Positions 42,019 to 52,252 are shown, counted from the stretch's first letter. The stretch is 64,000 nucleotides of DNA from an uncultured Acidobacteriota bacterium (GCA_963700145.1 OY969474.1:2944001-3008000), one strand, 5' to 3'. Notes: generated by a model from the letters alone, not told the origin. Program-made: numbers and translations.

Positions 42019-44562
42019 ATGCGCACTCCGTTCCCGAAGCTCCTGACGCTCCTGCTCGTCGCGGTCATGGCCGCCGGCTGCGCCAGCTACAGCGCCTACC
42101 GCCGGGCCGAGATCGCCTCCCAGACCGGCGACTGGGACGAGGCGGTGCTGCAGTACATGCAGGCGCTGGAGCAGGACCCGGGCAACATCACCTACCGGGC
42201 CGCCCTCATGCGGGCCAAGATCCGCGCCTCGCAGGAGCACTTCAAGAAGGCCAAGGAGTACCGCGAGGCGGGGGTGCAGGAGCGGGCGCTCGTCGAGCTG
42301 CAGCAGGCGGTGCAGCTCGACCCGACGAACCAGTACGCCGCGGCCGAGCTGGAGAACGTGCGCCTGGCGATCGCCGTGCAGCGGCGCGAGCCGGCGACAC
42401 TGCAGGAGCTCAAGGACAAGAGCCGCGGCACGCGGCCGCAGCCGCCGGTCTTGAACCCGCGCTCCAAGGAGCCGATCTCGCTCAACTTCCCGCAGCCGGT
42501 GTCGCTGTTCGAGATCTACCAGGCCCTGGGCAAGGCCTTCGGCATCAACATCCTCTTCGACCCCAACCTGAAGGACCAGGAGATCGCCATCGACCTGGTG
42601 GACGTCGACGCCCAGTCGGCGCTCGAGACGCTGATGCGCGCCTCCAACCACTTCTACAAGGTGCTCGACGAGCACACCATCATCATCGCCGCCGACACGC
42701 CGCAGAACCGCCGCACCTACGAAGACCTGGTCATCCAGACCTTCTTCCTCTCGAACGCCGAGGTGAAGGACATGATGACCATCCTGCGCAGCCTGGTGGA
42801 CGCCAAGAAGATCGCCACCAACGAGCAGCTCAACGCCATCATCCTGCGCGACACCGCCGACAAGGTGAAGGTCGCCGAGCGGATCATCGAGTCGAACGAC
42901 AAGTCGAAGGCCGAGGTGGTGGTGGACATCGAGCTGCTGCAGATCAACACCAGCAAGCTGCGCGACCTCGGCGTCTCGCTCTCCGACTACCGGGTGACGC
43001 AGACCCTCGATCTGGGCGGCGAGAACGTGCCGCTGCGCATCTCCGACCTCCAGTTCCTCGACCAGAGCAACTGGGTGCTGGCGATCCCCAACTTCATCTA
43101 CAGCTTCGTCAAGCAGAACGGCGACGCCCAGCTCCTGGCCAAGCCGCAGCTGCGCATCACCGAGGGGGAGAAGGCGAGCCTGGTGATCGGCGACAAGGTG
43201 CCGATCCCCCTGACCACCTTCAACACCTCCAACACCGTCGGCGGCAACATCGTGCCGATCACCTCCTTCCAGTACCAGGACGTCGGCATCCGCATCAACA
43301 TCGAGCCGCGCGTCCATCACAACCGCGAGGTGACGCTGAAGATCCAGGTCGAGGTCTCCAACCTCGGCGAGTTCGTCGAGGGCTCGGGCGGGCAGCGGCA
43401 GCCGATCATCGGCACCCGCACCTTCGAGTCGGTCATCCGCCTGCAGGACGGCGAGACCAACTTCCTGGCCGGCCTGATCCGCTCCGACGAGTCGCGCACC
43501 GACTCGGGGATGCCGGGGCTGTCGGAGATCCCGGTGCTCGGCCGCCTCTTCTCCTCGCGCGTCGACCGCAACTCGCGCACCGACGTCATCCTGACCCTGA
43601 CGCCGCACATCATCCGCAACGCCGAGATCACCGCCGAGGACCTGCTGCCGATCTGGGTCGGCACCGAGACCAACATCAGCTTCCGCGGCGCCAGCCCGCG
43701 CGTCGAGTCCGACGTCGAGGGGCCGTTCGAAGGCGAGGAGGGGACGCCGGAGGAGATCCAGGACGCCATCCGCCGCCGCATCCAGCAGCTGCCGCGCGGC
43801 CTGCGGCCGGGGGAGGCGGAGATGGCGGGGGAGCAGACCCCCGAAGACGTCGAGGAGGTGCCGCCGCCGCCGGGTGTCGACCTGGTGCCGTCGGCGCCGC
43901 CGACCGACATCTTCCGCCAGCCCGAGCCGCCGACGGAGCCCGAGGAGCCGCCGGTCGAGGAGGAGCCGCCGGGCGGCGGCGCGGCGGTGCAGGAGGAAGA
44001 GGTGGACGAAGTGGGCATGGTGGGCGTGCCGGCGGCCGAGGCCGTCGCCGCGGCCGGCCTGCGCCTGGCGGCGGCGGAGGCCGGCAACGAGGCCGACGCG
44101 GCCGCCTCGACCAACGTCCGCCTGTGGCTGGCGCCGCAGGCCGTGGCGGTCGCCCCCGGCGACCTCTTCGAGGTGCGGCTCCAGGCCGCCTCCGCCCTCC
44201 CTCTCTCGCACCTGCCGCTCGCCCTCTCCTTCGACCCCAAGGTGCTGGCGGTCGAAAAGGTCGAGGCCGGCACCTTCCTCGGCCCGCGCGGCCAGGCGGA
44301 GGTGCTCGCCGACCACTCCCGCCCGGGCGAGCTCCTGCTCGGCGCCAGCCGGCTCGGCGAGCTGCCCGGCGTGACCGGCAACGGCACCGTCGCGCGCGTC
44401 ACCTTCAAGGCGCTCGCCGCCGGCCGCACCCGCCTCGCCTTCCTCGAGAGCCGCGCGCTCAACCCGCAGCTCCTGCCGCTCGCCGTCGCCGCCGAGCCGG
44501 CCGAGGTGCGGGTGACGCCGGGTGGGCCGCGCAAGCCGGCGGCGAAGAAACCGGAGAGCTAA
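42019..44562 (+). CDS. Secretin (GspD/PilQ family) lipoprotein with TPR N-terminus and cohesin-like C-terminus
   Basis: Lipobox AAGC; TPRs; LLAKPQLR, IGDKVPI, YQDVGI, PGLSEIPVLGRLF, LTPHII; C-terminal LSFDPKVL...GNGTVARVTF. Confidence 0.92.
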   Translation: MRTPFPKLLTLLLVAVMAAGCASYSAYRRAEIASQTGDWDEAVLQYMQALEQDPGNITYRAALMRAKIRASQEHFKKAKEYREAGVQERALVELQQAVQLDPTNQYAAAELENVRLAIAVQRREPATLQELKDKSRGTRPQPPVLNPRSKEPISLNFPQPVSLFEIYQALGKAFGINILFDPNLKDQEIAIDLVDVDAQSALETLMRASNHFYKVLDEHTIIIAADTPQNRRTYEDLVIQTFFLSNAEVKDMMTILRSLVDAKKIATNEQLNAIILRDTADKVKVAERIIESNDKSKAEVVVDIELLQINTSKLRDLGVSLSDYRVTQTLDLGGENVPLRISDLQFLDQSNWVLAIPNFIYSFVKQNGDAQLLAKPQLRITEGEKASLVIGDKVPIPLTTFNTSNTVGGNIVPITSFQYQDVGIRINIEPRVHHNREVTLKIQVEVSNLGEFVEGSGGQRQPIIGTRTFESVIRLQDGETNFLAGLIRSDESRTDSGMPGLSEIPVLGRLFSSRVDRNSRTDVILTLTPHIIRNAEITAEDLLPIWVGTETNISFRGASPRVESDVEGPFEGEEGTPEEIQDAIRRRIQQLPRGLRPGEAEMAGEQTPEDVEEVPPPPGVDLVPSAPPTDIFRQPEPPTEPEEPPVEEEPPGGGAAVQEEEVDEVGMVGVPAAEAVAAAGLRLAAAEAGNEADAAASTNVRLWLAPQAVAVAPGDLFEVRLQAASALPLSHLPLALSFDPKVLAVEKVEAGTFLGPRGQAEVLADHSRPGELLLGASRLGELPGVTGNGTVARVTFKALAAGRTRLAFLESRALNPQLLPLAVAAEPAEVRVTPGGPRKPAAKKPES

Positions 44563-44660
44563 GAGATGCGCGAGGGTTTGCCTCTGGCCACCCACCCGTC
44601 AAGTCCATTGACTTCGACACCCCCTCCCCGGCCCTCCCCCGCTGCGCGGGGAGGGGGCGC

Positions 44661-45122
44661 CTGCTCCGGAACGGTGAGGCCGGCTACACCCTCGCCGAGC
44701 TGGTCATGGTCGCGGTGGTGATGACGATCCTCGCCATGGCGGTCCTGCCGGTGGCCAAGTACACCAGCCGGCGGACCAAGGAGCTCGAGCTCAAGCAGGC
44801 GCTGCGCTCGATGCGCGCCGGCATCGACGAGTTCAAGCGCTACAGCGATGCCGGCATGATCCCGATCGACCTCGGCACCGACGGCTATCCGGCGGAGCTG
44901 GAGGTGCTGGTCGAGGGCGTGGACCTGGTCGGACAGATCGACCGCAAGGTCAAGTTCCTGCGCCGGGTCCCGATCGACCCGATGACCGGCGAGCAGGAGT
45001 GGGGGCTGCGCAGCTACCAGGACGAGCCCGACTCCACCTCCTGGGGGGGCGAGAACGTCTACGACGTCTACTCGCTCGCCGGCGGCACGGGGCTCAACGG
45101 CGTCCCCTACGAGAAATGGTAG
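44661..45122 (+). CDS. Pseudopilin (GspG-like), start uncertain
   Basis: Prepilin motif G-YTLAEL; FLRRVPIDPMTG. Confidence 0.88.
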   Translation: MLRNGEAGYTLAELVMVAVVMTILAMAVLPVAKYTSRRTKELELKQALRSMRAGIDEFKRYSDAGMIPIDLGTDGYPAELEVLVEGVDLVGQIDRKVKFLRRVPIDPMTGEQEWGLRSYQDEPDSTSWGGENVYDVYSLAGGTGLNGVPYEKW

Positions 45123-45165
45123 CGCCCGGCCTACGTGCCGGGCGTTCAGGCGCAAGGAGATTCAG

Positions 45166-45591
45166 GTGAGCACAGAGGGCAGGCGCCGCACCGCCGGATT
45201 CACCCTGCTGGAGCTGATCGTGGTCATCGCGGTCATCGGCATCCTGGCGGCGATCGCCATGCCGGCGCTCAAGAACGTGCCGCGGCGAGCCACCGAGTCG
45301 GTGCTCAAGAACAACCTGCGCACGATGCGCGACGTCATCGACCAGTACATGGGCGACAAGGGGAACTACCCGCCGAGCCTCGAGGCGCTGGTCGAGGAGG
45401 GCTACCTGCGCAAGGTCCCCAACGATCCGATCACCAAGAGCAACGACACCTGGCTGCTGGTCTTCGAGGAGCCGAGCGACGAGGAGTCCGGCGGCTTCTC
45501 GGACGACGAGACGGCGCAGCCCGGGATCATCGACATCCACTCGGGCTCCGACCAGCTGTCGCTCGACGGGACTCCCTACTCCGAATGGTGA
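45166..45591 (+). CDS. Pseudopilin (GspG-like)
   Basis: [21 protein letters not shown]; YPPSLEALV; VPNDPIT. Confidence 0.92.
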   Translation: MSTEGRRRTAGFTLLELIVVIAVIGILAAIAMPALKNVPRRATESVLKNNLRTMRDVIDQYMGDKGNYPPSLEALVEEGYLRKVPNDPITKSNDTWLLVFEEPSDEESGGFSDDETAQPGIIDIHSGSDQLSLDGTPYSEW

Positions 45592-46289
45592 CGCCGCCCC
45601 AGGACCGGCGCGCGCGGCGCGGCGAGGCGGGGTACAACCTCGTCGTCCTCGCCGTCGCCCTGACCGTCATGAGCATCCTGGTCGCCGCCGCCCTGCCGCT
45701 GTGGAGCCAGGCGATCCGCCGCGACAAGGAGGAGGAGCTGATCTCGCGCGGCCTCCAGTACGCCGAGGGGATCCGCGTCTTCCAGCACCGCTTCGGGCGA
45801 CTGCCGGTGCGGCTCGAGGAGCTGGTCGAGGTCGAGCCGCGCTGCCTGCGCAAGCTGTGGAAGGACCCGATGACCGAGGACGGCCGCTGGGCGCCGGTCT
45901 TCGCCGGCACCGAAGAGGTGCCGGTGCCCCCCGAGACGCCGGACGGGCGGACGCGGGGGCGGCGGCAGCCGCCACCCGAGAAAGACGACGAGGAAGCCAC
46001 CGACAGCCTCGACCCGAACGCGCCGCCGGAGGCAGGCCAGGAGGTGGCGGTGGGGCCGATCATCGGCGTCCGCAGCCGCAGCCAGGAGGAGTCGGTCCTC
46101 AACTTCCTCGGCCAGACGCGCCACGACCGCTGGGTCTTCCGCGCCGACACCTTCGCGCTGCGCCCCAACGCCATGGGCAACCCGCAGGTGGTCCCCAGCT
46201 TCAACTACTACTGGTGGCGGCCGATGCGCGGCGGCCTGCTGCCGCCCGGGCTGCAGCCTCCCGACACGCCGCCTCCGCCCGTCAAGTGA
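45585..46289 (+). CDS. Minor pseudopilin (GspK-like, lacks Glu5)
   Basis: G-YNLVVL leader; EEELISRG; [10 protein letters not shown]. Confidence 0.82.
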   Translation: MVTPPQDRRARRGEAGYNLVVLAVALTVMSILVAAALPLWSQAIRRDKEEELISRGLQYAEGIRVFQHRFGRLPVRLEELVEVEPRCLRKLWKDPMTEDGRWAPVFAGTEEVPVPPETPDGRTRGRRQPPPEKDDEEATDSLDPNAPPEAGQEVAVGPIIGVRSRSQEESVLNFLGQTRHDRWVFRADTFALRPNAMGNPQVVPSFNYYWWRPMRGGLLPPGLQPPDTPPPPVK

Positions 46290-46735
46290 CGACCGTGCGG
46301 CTCCGCTTCCGGCGGCTCCCCTGGGCGCAGGGTCTGCCGGCGCCGGGCCCGGCCTCCCCCGGCAGCGCCGGCTGCGACCTGCGCGCCGCGGTCGCCGACG
46401 AGCTGGTGCTCCCGCCCGGCGCGCGGGCGGCCGTCCCCACCGGCCTGGTGGTCGAGATCCCCCCCGGCTGGGAGGGGCAGGTGCGGCCGCGCAGCGGTCT
46501 CGCCCTGCGCCACGGCGTGACCCTCCCGAACGCCCCCGGCACCATCGACAGCGACTACCGCGGCGAGGTCCAGGTGATCCTGCAGAACCTCGGCGACGCC
46601 CCCTTCACCGTCCGCCGCGGCGACCGCATCGCCCAGCTCGTCCTGGCGCGCGTCGAGGCGGTCGAGTGGGTGGAGGCCGAGGAGCTGTCGGAGACCGGGC
46701 GGGGCGAAGGGGGCTTCGGCTCGACGGGGAGCTAA
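46286..46735 (+). CDS. dut: dUTP diphosphatase
   Basis: [36 protein letters not shown]. Confidence 0.97.
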   Translation: MTTVRLRFRRLPWAQGLPAPGPASPGSAGCDLRAAVADELVLPPGARAAVPTGLVVEIPPGWEGQVRPRSGLALRHGVTLPNAPGTIDSDYRGEVQVILQNLGDAPFTVRRGDRIAQLVLARVEAVEWVEAEELSETGRGEGGFGSTGS

Positions 46736-46768
46736 ACTAGGGCGCAACGACCCCAAAGGAGTGCGACG

Positions 46769-47044
46769 ATGCTCGGACTGCTCCTGCTCATGGTCTCGTT
46801 GACGCCGGCACCGCAGGTCGAGGCGGTCGAGCCCGGCGCGGCCGTCGACCTCTGCGCCGCCGCCGAAGAGATCGCCATGCAGCGGCCCTGCTTGCGGGCC
46901 GAGGACTGCGGCGCCTACCAGGATTGGCAGCGGCTGTTCGGACCGGCCGGCCCGCGGCAGCTCGACCCGGCGCTCCCCGCGGCGCGCCGCGCCGACGGCG
47001 TCGAGCGGCGGTTGGTCGTCTGCCCGGCGCGCCCGCGGCGCTGA
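46769..47044 (+). CDS. Small hypothetical exported protein with 4 Cys
   Basis: AAGGAG SD; hydrophobic N-terminus. Confidence 0.55.
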   Translation: MLGLLLLMVSLTPAPQVEAVEPGAAVDLCAAAEEIAMQRPCLRAEDCGAYQDWQRLFGPAGPRQLDPALPAARRADGVERRLVVCPARPRR

Positions 47045-47104
47045 GGCGGCCGGCAAGCCGGCCCGGTACACTGCGCAGATCGAGGGACCAAGAGGAGGCA
47101 TGAC

Positions 47105-47230
47105 ATGGCCAAGTCGAAGGGCGGCAAGGGCAGCAAGCCGAAGCGCGAGGCGAAGAAACCCAAGAAGAAGGGCGGCCCGAAAACCCGCTCGGGAGATTCC
47201 GGAACCAAGGGCAGCGGCAGCGCCGGGTAG
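47105..47230 (+). CDS. 41-aa Lys/Gly-rich small protein (absent from the ORF track)
   Basis: AGAGGAGG SD; MAKSKGGKGSKPKREAKKPKKKGGPKTRSGDSGTKGSGSAG; GC3-biased codons. Confidence 0.7.
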   Translation: MAKSKGGKGSKPKREAKKPKKKGGPKTRSGDSGTKGSGSAG

Positions 47231-47248
47231 GGCCCGGGCGGCGGAGCC

Positions 47249-49165
47249 GTGGCACTAGCGCCCCGACGCGCGCCGCGGCGCCTGCCGCTCCTCGTCCTCC
47301 TCGTCTGCGCCGCTTGCCGGGCCGGCGCGCCGCCGGCACCGACGCCGGCCGAGCCCGCGGTCGCGGCCGCCGCGGCGGAGAGCGCGCGGCCGCGGCGGGT
47401 GATCCTCGTCTCGCTCGACGGCGCTTCCACCGCCGACCTGGAGCGCTTCTACCGCGAGGGTGAGTTCGATGCGGCGCGCGGCTTCCGCCGCTTCTTCGAG
47501 GAGGGGCAGGTGGCGGCGGGGCTGATCCCGGTGGACCCCACGCTCACCTCGCCGAACCACGCGAGCCTCGCGACCGGCGCGCCGCCGGCGCGCACCGGCA
47601 TCGTCAGCAACACCTTCCACCGCCCGGGCGATCCGCTCGGCAAGACGGTGAGCGGCTTCGACGTGCCGCTCGAGACCGAGGCGCTCTGGGAGGCGGCGCG
47701 GCGGCAGGGGAAGCGCACGGTGTCGCTCACCTGGCCGCACGCGCATGGGGTGGAGGGCCGGCGCCGCGCCGACTACGGCGTGCTCTACGTCAACGACCCG
47801 GAGGCCCCGGCGCGGATCGTGGACGTCGGCCGCGCGGCCTGGGGCGAGCCCGACTACGCTCCCGCGCGCAACGCCTATTCCCCCGTCCGCATGGCGCGGA
47901 TCGCCACTGCGGGAGCGGGCGGCGCCGACGTCCAGGTCCGGCTCTACGCGCTCGACCGCTCCGACGACGGCCGGGCGGGCTACGACTCGATCGAAGTCTG
48001 GCCGGAGGTCGCCGGCGCCCAGCCGGGCCTGTTGGAGCCCGGCGGCGGTTGGGAGCAGGTCGTCTTCGACCCCCACCCGCGCGGCGAGGACGAGGGGGCG
48101 GCGGTGTCCCACGCGAAGCTCCTCGACCTCGCCCCCGACCTCGCGCGCGTGCGCATCTACCTCGGCGGCATCTACCGCACCCGCGCCTTCCCGCGCGGCT
48201 ACCTCCTCAAGCTCCAGCGCGCCGGCCTGTACTGGCCCGGAGCGCCGGACGACGACCACCTCGACGACTTCTGGGCCGGGCGCCCGGGCATCGACCTGGC
48301 CACCTGGCTCGAGCAGGCCGCGAACCTCGCGTCCTTCTACGACCACCTCAAGGCGCTGCTCTTCGGCCCCGACGACTGGGACCTGGCGATGGTCTACCTG
48401 CCGCACATCGACGAAGCGGGGCATCAGCTCTACCTCGCGTCGCCGCGGCAACCCGGCTACGGCCGCGAGCGGGTGGCGGAGCTCGACGCCGCCCGCCGCG
48501 CCGTCTGGCGCATGGCCGACGGGTTCCTCGCTCACCTCTTCGCGGTCGGCGAGACGATGGCCGACACGGCGGTCGTCGTGGTCAGCGACCACGGCATGCA
48601 CCCGCTGCATTCGACGCTCGACCCCAACTTCCTGCTGCGGCGCGAGGGGCTGCAGGCGGTGGACGCGGACGGCCGCGTCGTGGCGGCGGGCACCTCGGCG
48701 TGGGCGGTGACCTCGAGCGCCATGACGCACGTCTACCTGACGGCGCCGGCCGCGGAGCGCGCCCCGCTCATCGAGCGGCTGCGGCGGCTCTTCGCGGGCT
48801 TCGAGGTCGCGGGCGAGCGGCCGGTGGCGCGCGTCGTGACGCGCAAGGAGGCGGGGCCGCTGGGCCTCGACCACCCGGCCGCCGGCGACCTCATGCTCTT
48901 CGCCACCCCCGGCTGGCTCTTCGACAAGGGCGGCGCGAAGCGCGGCGCCGCCACCGGCCCCGCCGACCACCTCGGCGCCCACGGCTACCTCAACACCGTT
49001 ACGGCGATGCACGGCATCTACCTGGCCCTGGGCCCCGGCGTGCCGCCAGGACGTGTCGGTCAGGTGAGGACGACGGAGGTGGCCGGAAGGGTGGCGGCCC
49101 TCCTCGGCATCCACCCGCCGCAGCCGCTGCCGTCGATGCCACAACCGCCGGCGGAGCCGCCGTAG
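47249..49165 (+). CDS. Alkaline phosphatase superfamily nucleotide pyrophosphatase/phosphodiesterase, lipoprotein
   Basis: VILVSLDG, PTLTSPNHASLATG, IDEAGH, VSDHGM, GAHGY. Confidence 0.9.
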   Translation: MALAPRRAPRRLPLLVLLVCAACRAGAPPAPTPAEPAVAAAAAESARPRRVILVSLDGASTADLERFYREGEFDAARGFRRFFEEGQVAAGLIPVDPTLTSPNHASLATGAPPARTGIVSNTFHRPGDPLGKTVSGFDVPLETEALWEAARRQGKRTVSLTWPHAHGVEGRRRADYGVLYVNDPEAPARIVDVGRAAWGEPDYAPARNAYSPVRMARIATAGAGGADVQVRLYALDRSDDGRAGYDSIEVWPEVAGAQPGLLEPGGGWEQVVFDPHPRGEDEGAAVSHAKLLDLAPDLARVRIYLGGIYRTRAFPRGYLLKLQRAGLYWPGAPDDDHLDDFWAGRPGIDLATWLEQAANLASFYDHLKALLFGPDDWDLAMVYLPHIDEAGHQLYLASPRQPGYGRERVAELDAARRAVWRMADGFLAHLFAVGETMADTAVVVVSDHGMHPLHSTLDPNFLLRREGLQAVDADGRVVAAGTSAWAVTSSAMTHVYLTAPAAERAPLIERLRRLFAGFEVAGERPVARVVTRKEAGPLGLDHPAAGDLMLFATPGWLFDKGGAKRGAATGPADHLGAHGYLNTVTAMHGIYLALGPGVPPGRVGQVRTTEVAGRVAALLGIHPPQPLPSMPQPPAEPP

Positions 49166-49570
49166 CGCCCGGGAGCAAGCGCCCCGCAGCACGAAACAGA
49201 CGTCCGGAGGCCCGGAGCAAGCGGACGGGCGCTCCGGGAGGCTGTCCTCAGGGGTTGGGCAAGCGTACTTACGGCCGGTACAAGCGTACCGACGTCGAGG
49301 GCAAACGTACTTTCGGCTGGTACAAGCGTCCCGTCGCCCGGTACAAGCGTACTTTCGGCCGGTACATATGTACTTTTGAAAAGTACGCTTGCCCCGAGGC
49401 CTGGGGCAAACGTACTTTCGCTTGGGGCAAGCGTACTTTCGGCTGGTACACACGTACTTTCGCTCGGTACATATGTACCAGGCGTTTTCCCGCTTGCCCC
49501 GAGCGAATTCCCGCTTGTACGGAGCGTTTTCCCGCTTGCCGCGGCTTGCGGTGCGTTTGCTCCCGGGCGC
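49165..49570. repeat. About 405-bp element: 19 units in 21-bp register bounded by terminal inverted repeats
   Basis: Units from 49172 to 49570, consensus GG(TA/GG)CAA(G/A)CGTACTTTCG; ends GCGCCCGGGAGCAAGCGC and GCGTTTGCTCCCGGGCGC (17/18 inverted match). Confidence 0.88.
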
Positions 49571-50956
49571 TTACCGCGGTCCCGGCGTCCATTCCCAGCC
49601 GAGGAGCGCCGCCAGGCGGCGGGGGAGCTCGGCGTTGTCGAGGACGCCGGCGAAGCGCTCGGCGCCCGGGCCGCCGGCGTAGAGGGGGACGTCCTCGCCG
49701 GTGTGCCCCTTGGTGTCGTCGAGGTTGACCTTGGGCATGAAGGTGACGCGGTGGCGGCGGGAGAGCGCGGTGCCGAGGGCCCGCTCGGCCTCGTAGACGT
49801 CCTTCTCGGCCCGCACCGCCGCCACCTCCTCCGGCGTCAGCTCGTAGCCGGTCGCCTCCCTGACCGCCTCGCTCCCCGCCCCGTCGCGTAACGCCCGCGC
49901 CAGCGCGGCGACCGACGCCCGCTGCCGGGCGAGCGCCGCCCAGTCGGCGTCGTCGTTGATCGCCAGGCCGCCGGTGGCGTGATCGGCGGTCAGTAGCAGG
50001 AGCGTGTCGGGGCGGGCGCGCTGGAAGGCCAGCGCCTCCTCGACGGCGCGGTCGAAGGCGCGGGTCTCGGCGGCGGTGCCGGCCGGGTCGAAGCCGTGCG
50101 CGGCGTGGTCGATGCGGCCGCCTTCGACCAGCAGGAAGAAGCTGCCGTCCTCGCGGCCGAGGACGGCGAGCGCCAGCCGGGTGAGCGCCGCGAGGCTCGG
50201 CGGCCGCTCCGCCGCCGGCATCTCGTCGCGGTCGAGCTCGAAGGGGAAGTGGTCGAGGGCGAAGAGCCCGAGGAGACGCGCCGGCGGCGGCGCGGCGATC
50301 TCGTCGGTCTTGGTCCAGACGGTGTAGCCCGCCTGCCGCGCAGCGGCCAGCAGGTCGCGGTCGTCCTTCCGGTCGCCGCCGGCCGACGCGGGCAGGAAGA
50401 GCCCGGCGCCGCCGCCGAGCGCCAGGTCCGGCGCCTGCGCCAGGAGCTGCGGCGCGAAGCCCGCCTCGTCGTCGTAGCGCTGGCCGTGGGCGTAGAAGGC
50501 GGCCGGCGTGGCGTGGGTGATGCGCGTCGTCGTGACGTAGCCGATCCGCCAGCCGTGGGCGCGCGCCACCTCGGCGATGCAGCGCAGCGGCCGCTCCCCC
50601 GGGTCGCGGCCGACCTCGCGGTTGGCGGTCTTGACGCCGCAGCCGAGCGCGGTGGCGGCGGCGCCGCTGTCGGTGACGAAGTTGGAGGCCGACCAGGTCG
50701 AGACGATGCCGGTGACCGGGAGCCCCCGCTCGAGCGCCAGCCGCTCGCCCTTGCCGTAGAGGAGGTCGCGCGTCACCGCGAGCTGCGGGAAGCCCATCCC
50801 GTCGCCGATGAAGAGGACGACGGCGCGCGGGCGGACGGCGCTGGCGGCGGCTGCGGCGGTCGGCGCCGGCGCCGGCCGGGAGGCGGCGGCGCAGCCGAGC
50901 GCGACGGCGAGGACGGCGGCGGCGAGCGCGGGGACGGCGGCGGCGCGGCGCTCCAT
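49571..50956 (-). CDS. Alkaline phosphatase (PhoA family)
   Basis: LFIGDGMG, VTDSGAAATA, THATPA, EGGRIDHAAH, TADH, HTGEDV. Confidence 0.95.
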   Translation of the reverse strand: MERRAAAVPALAAAVLAVALGCAAASRPAPAPTAAAAASAVRPRAVVLFIGDGMGFPQLAVTRDLLYGKGERLALERGLPVTGIVSTWSASNFVTDSGAAATALGCGVKTANREVGRDPGERPLRCIAEVARAHGWRIGYVTTTRITHATPAAFYAHGQRYDDEAGFAPQLLAQAPDLALGGGAGLFLPASAGGDRKDDRDLLAAARQAGYTVWTKTDEIAAPPPARLLGLFALDHFPFELDRDEMPAAERPPSLAALTRLALAVLGREDGSFFLLVEGGRIDHAAHGFDPAGTAAETRAFDRAVEEALAFQRARPDTLLLLTADHATGGLAINDDADWAALARQRASVAALARALRDGAGSEAVREATGYELTPEEVAAVRAEKDVYEAERALGTALSRRHRVTFMPKVNLDDTKGHTGEDVPLYAGGPGAERFAGVLDNAELPRRLAALLGWEWTPGPR

Positions 50957-50957
50957 C

Positions 50958-51299
50958 TCACTCCTCCTTGCCCTGCTGCAGCTCGAGGCAGAAGTCGACC
51001 AGGGCCTGGATCTCCTCCGGCGACAGCCGGTGGGCGAAACCGGGCATCGGCCCGTAGCCCTGGGCGATGCGGCGGTGGACGACGGTGCGGGCGCCCTTGG
51101 CGATCATCTCGGAGCGGGTGAGGTCGAGCCCGGGGTAGAGCGCGACGTTGCGCGGGTCCCCTTCGCCGCCGGCGCCGTGGCAGCGGGCGCAGTAGTGGGC
51201 GTAGAGCGCCGCCGGGTCGCGGCCCTCCGGCTCGCCGGCGCAGGCGGCGAGGAGCGGGGTCGCGAGCAAGAGCAGGAGGGCGGCGCGCCGCGGGCCCAT
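50958..51299 (-). CDS. Monoheme c-type cytochrome lipoprotein
   Basis: Lipobox LAAC; CARCH; axial Met in MPGF. Confidence 0.9.
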   Translation of the reverse strand: MGPRRAALLLLLATPLLAACAGEPEGRDPAALYAHYCARCHGAGGEGDPRNVALYPGLDLTRSEMIAKGARTVVHRRIAQGYGPMPGFAHRLSPEEIQALVDFCLELQQGKEE

Positions 51300-52048
51300 C
51301 ACGACGCCGGCCCGCGCCGGTGGACCAGCGTCGCCGTCGCCTGGTCGCGCGGGCGGACGACGATCTCGTCGATGTTGACGTGCGGCGGGCGGGTGGCCGC
51401 CCAGACCACGCAGTCGGCGATGTCCTCGGGGGTGAGCGGGTCGAGGCCGCGGTAGACGGCCTTGGCGCGCTCCTCGTCGCCGAAGAGGCGGACGCGCGAA
51501 AAGTCGGTCTCGACCAGCCCCGGCGCGATCTCGGTCACCCGCACCGGCTGCCCGAGCAGCTCGAGCCGGAGGGTGCGCGTCAGCGCCCGCAGCGCGTGCT
51601 TCGAGGCGGTGTAGCCGGCGCCGCCGGCGTAGGTCTCGAAGCCGGCGATCGAGCCCAGGTTGACGACGTGGCCGTCGCCCGAGGCGAGGAGCGCGGGCAG
51701 GAGAGCGCGCGTCATCCGCAGGACGCCGAGGACGTTGGTCTGGTACATGGCGAGCCACCGCTCGTCGAGCGCGTCCTCGATGCGGTCGGTGCCGTAGGCG
51801 GCGCCGGCGTTGTTGACCAGCAGGTCGCAGGCCGGCACCTCGGCCGCGAAGCGCTCGACGCTCACCGCATCCGCCACGTCCAACCGCACCGCCCGCCCCC
51901 CGATCTCCGCCGCCAACGGCTCCAGCCTCTCCATCCGCCGCGCCCCCACGACGACCGCGAACCCCGCCCGCGCCAGCCCCCGAGCCGTCGCCGCCCCGAT
52001 CCCGGCGCTAGCCCCCGTCACCGCCGCCACTTTCCTCGTGTTCGTCAT
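51299..52048 (-). CDS. SDR oxidoreductase (YdfG-like)
   Basis: TGASAGIG, NNAG, YTASK, PPHVNI. Confidence 0.93.
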   Translation of the reverse strand: MTNTRKVAAVTGASAGIGAATARGLARAGFAVVVGARRMERLEPLAAEIGGRAVRLDVADAVSVERFAAEVPACDLLVNNAGAAYGTDRIEDALDERWLAMYQTNVLGVLRMTRALLPALLASGDGHVVNLGSIAGFETYAGGAGYTASKHALRALTRTLRLELLGQPVRVTEIAPGLVETDFSRVRLFGDEERAKAVYRGLDPLTPEDIADCVVWAATRPPHVNIDEIVVRPRDQATATLVHRRGPAS

Positions 52049-52081
52049 TTTCTTTCCCGTAAGCAGGCCACAGACGGTGCC

Positions 52082-52248
52082 AGGGGGCGGCGCGGGGTGC
52101 TTCCCCGGGAAGCTCTGAGCGAGCGCCTGGCAAGAACTGTCGCAGGCCCCGATCGATCTGGCGCGAAGCGAAGCGCAGGCGCGCGCCCCCCCGACGCAGT
52201 CCTCTTGGCGCGCGCCGGTTCCCGGGGAAGCACCCCGCGCCGCCCCCT
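52082..52248. repeat. 167-bp MITE/REP-like element with perfect 30-bp terminal inverted repeats
   Basis: AGGGGGCGGCGCGGGGTGCTTCCCCGGGAA (52082-52111) and its exact reverse complement (52219-52248). Confidence 0.85.
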
Positions 52249-52252
52249 CACC

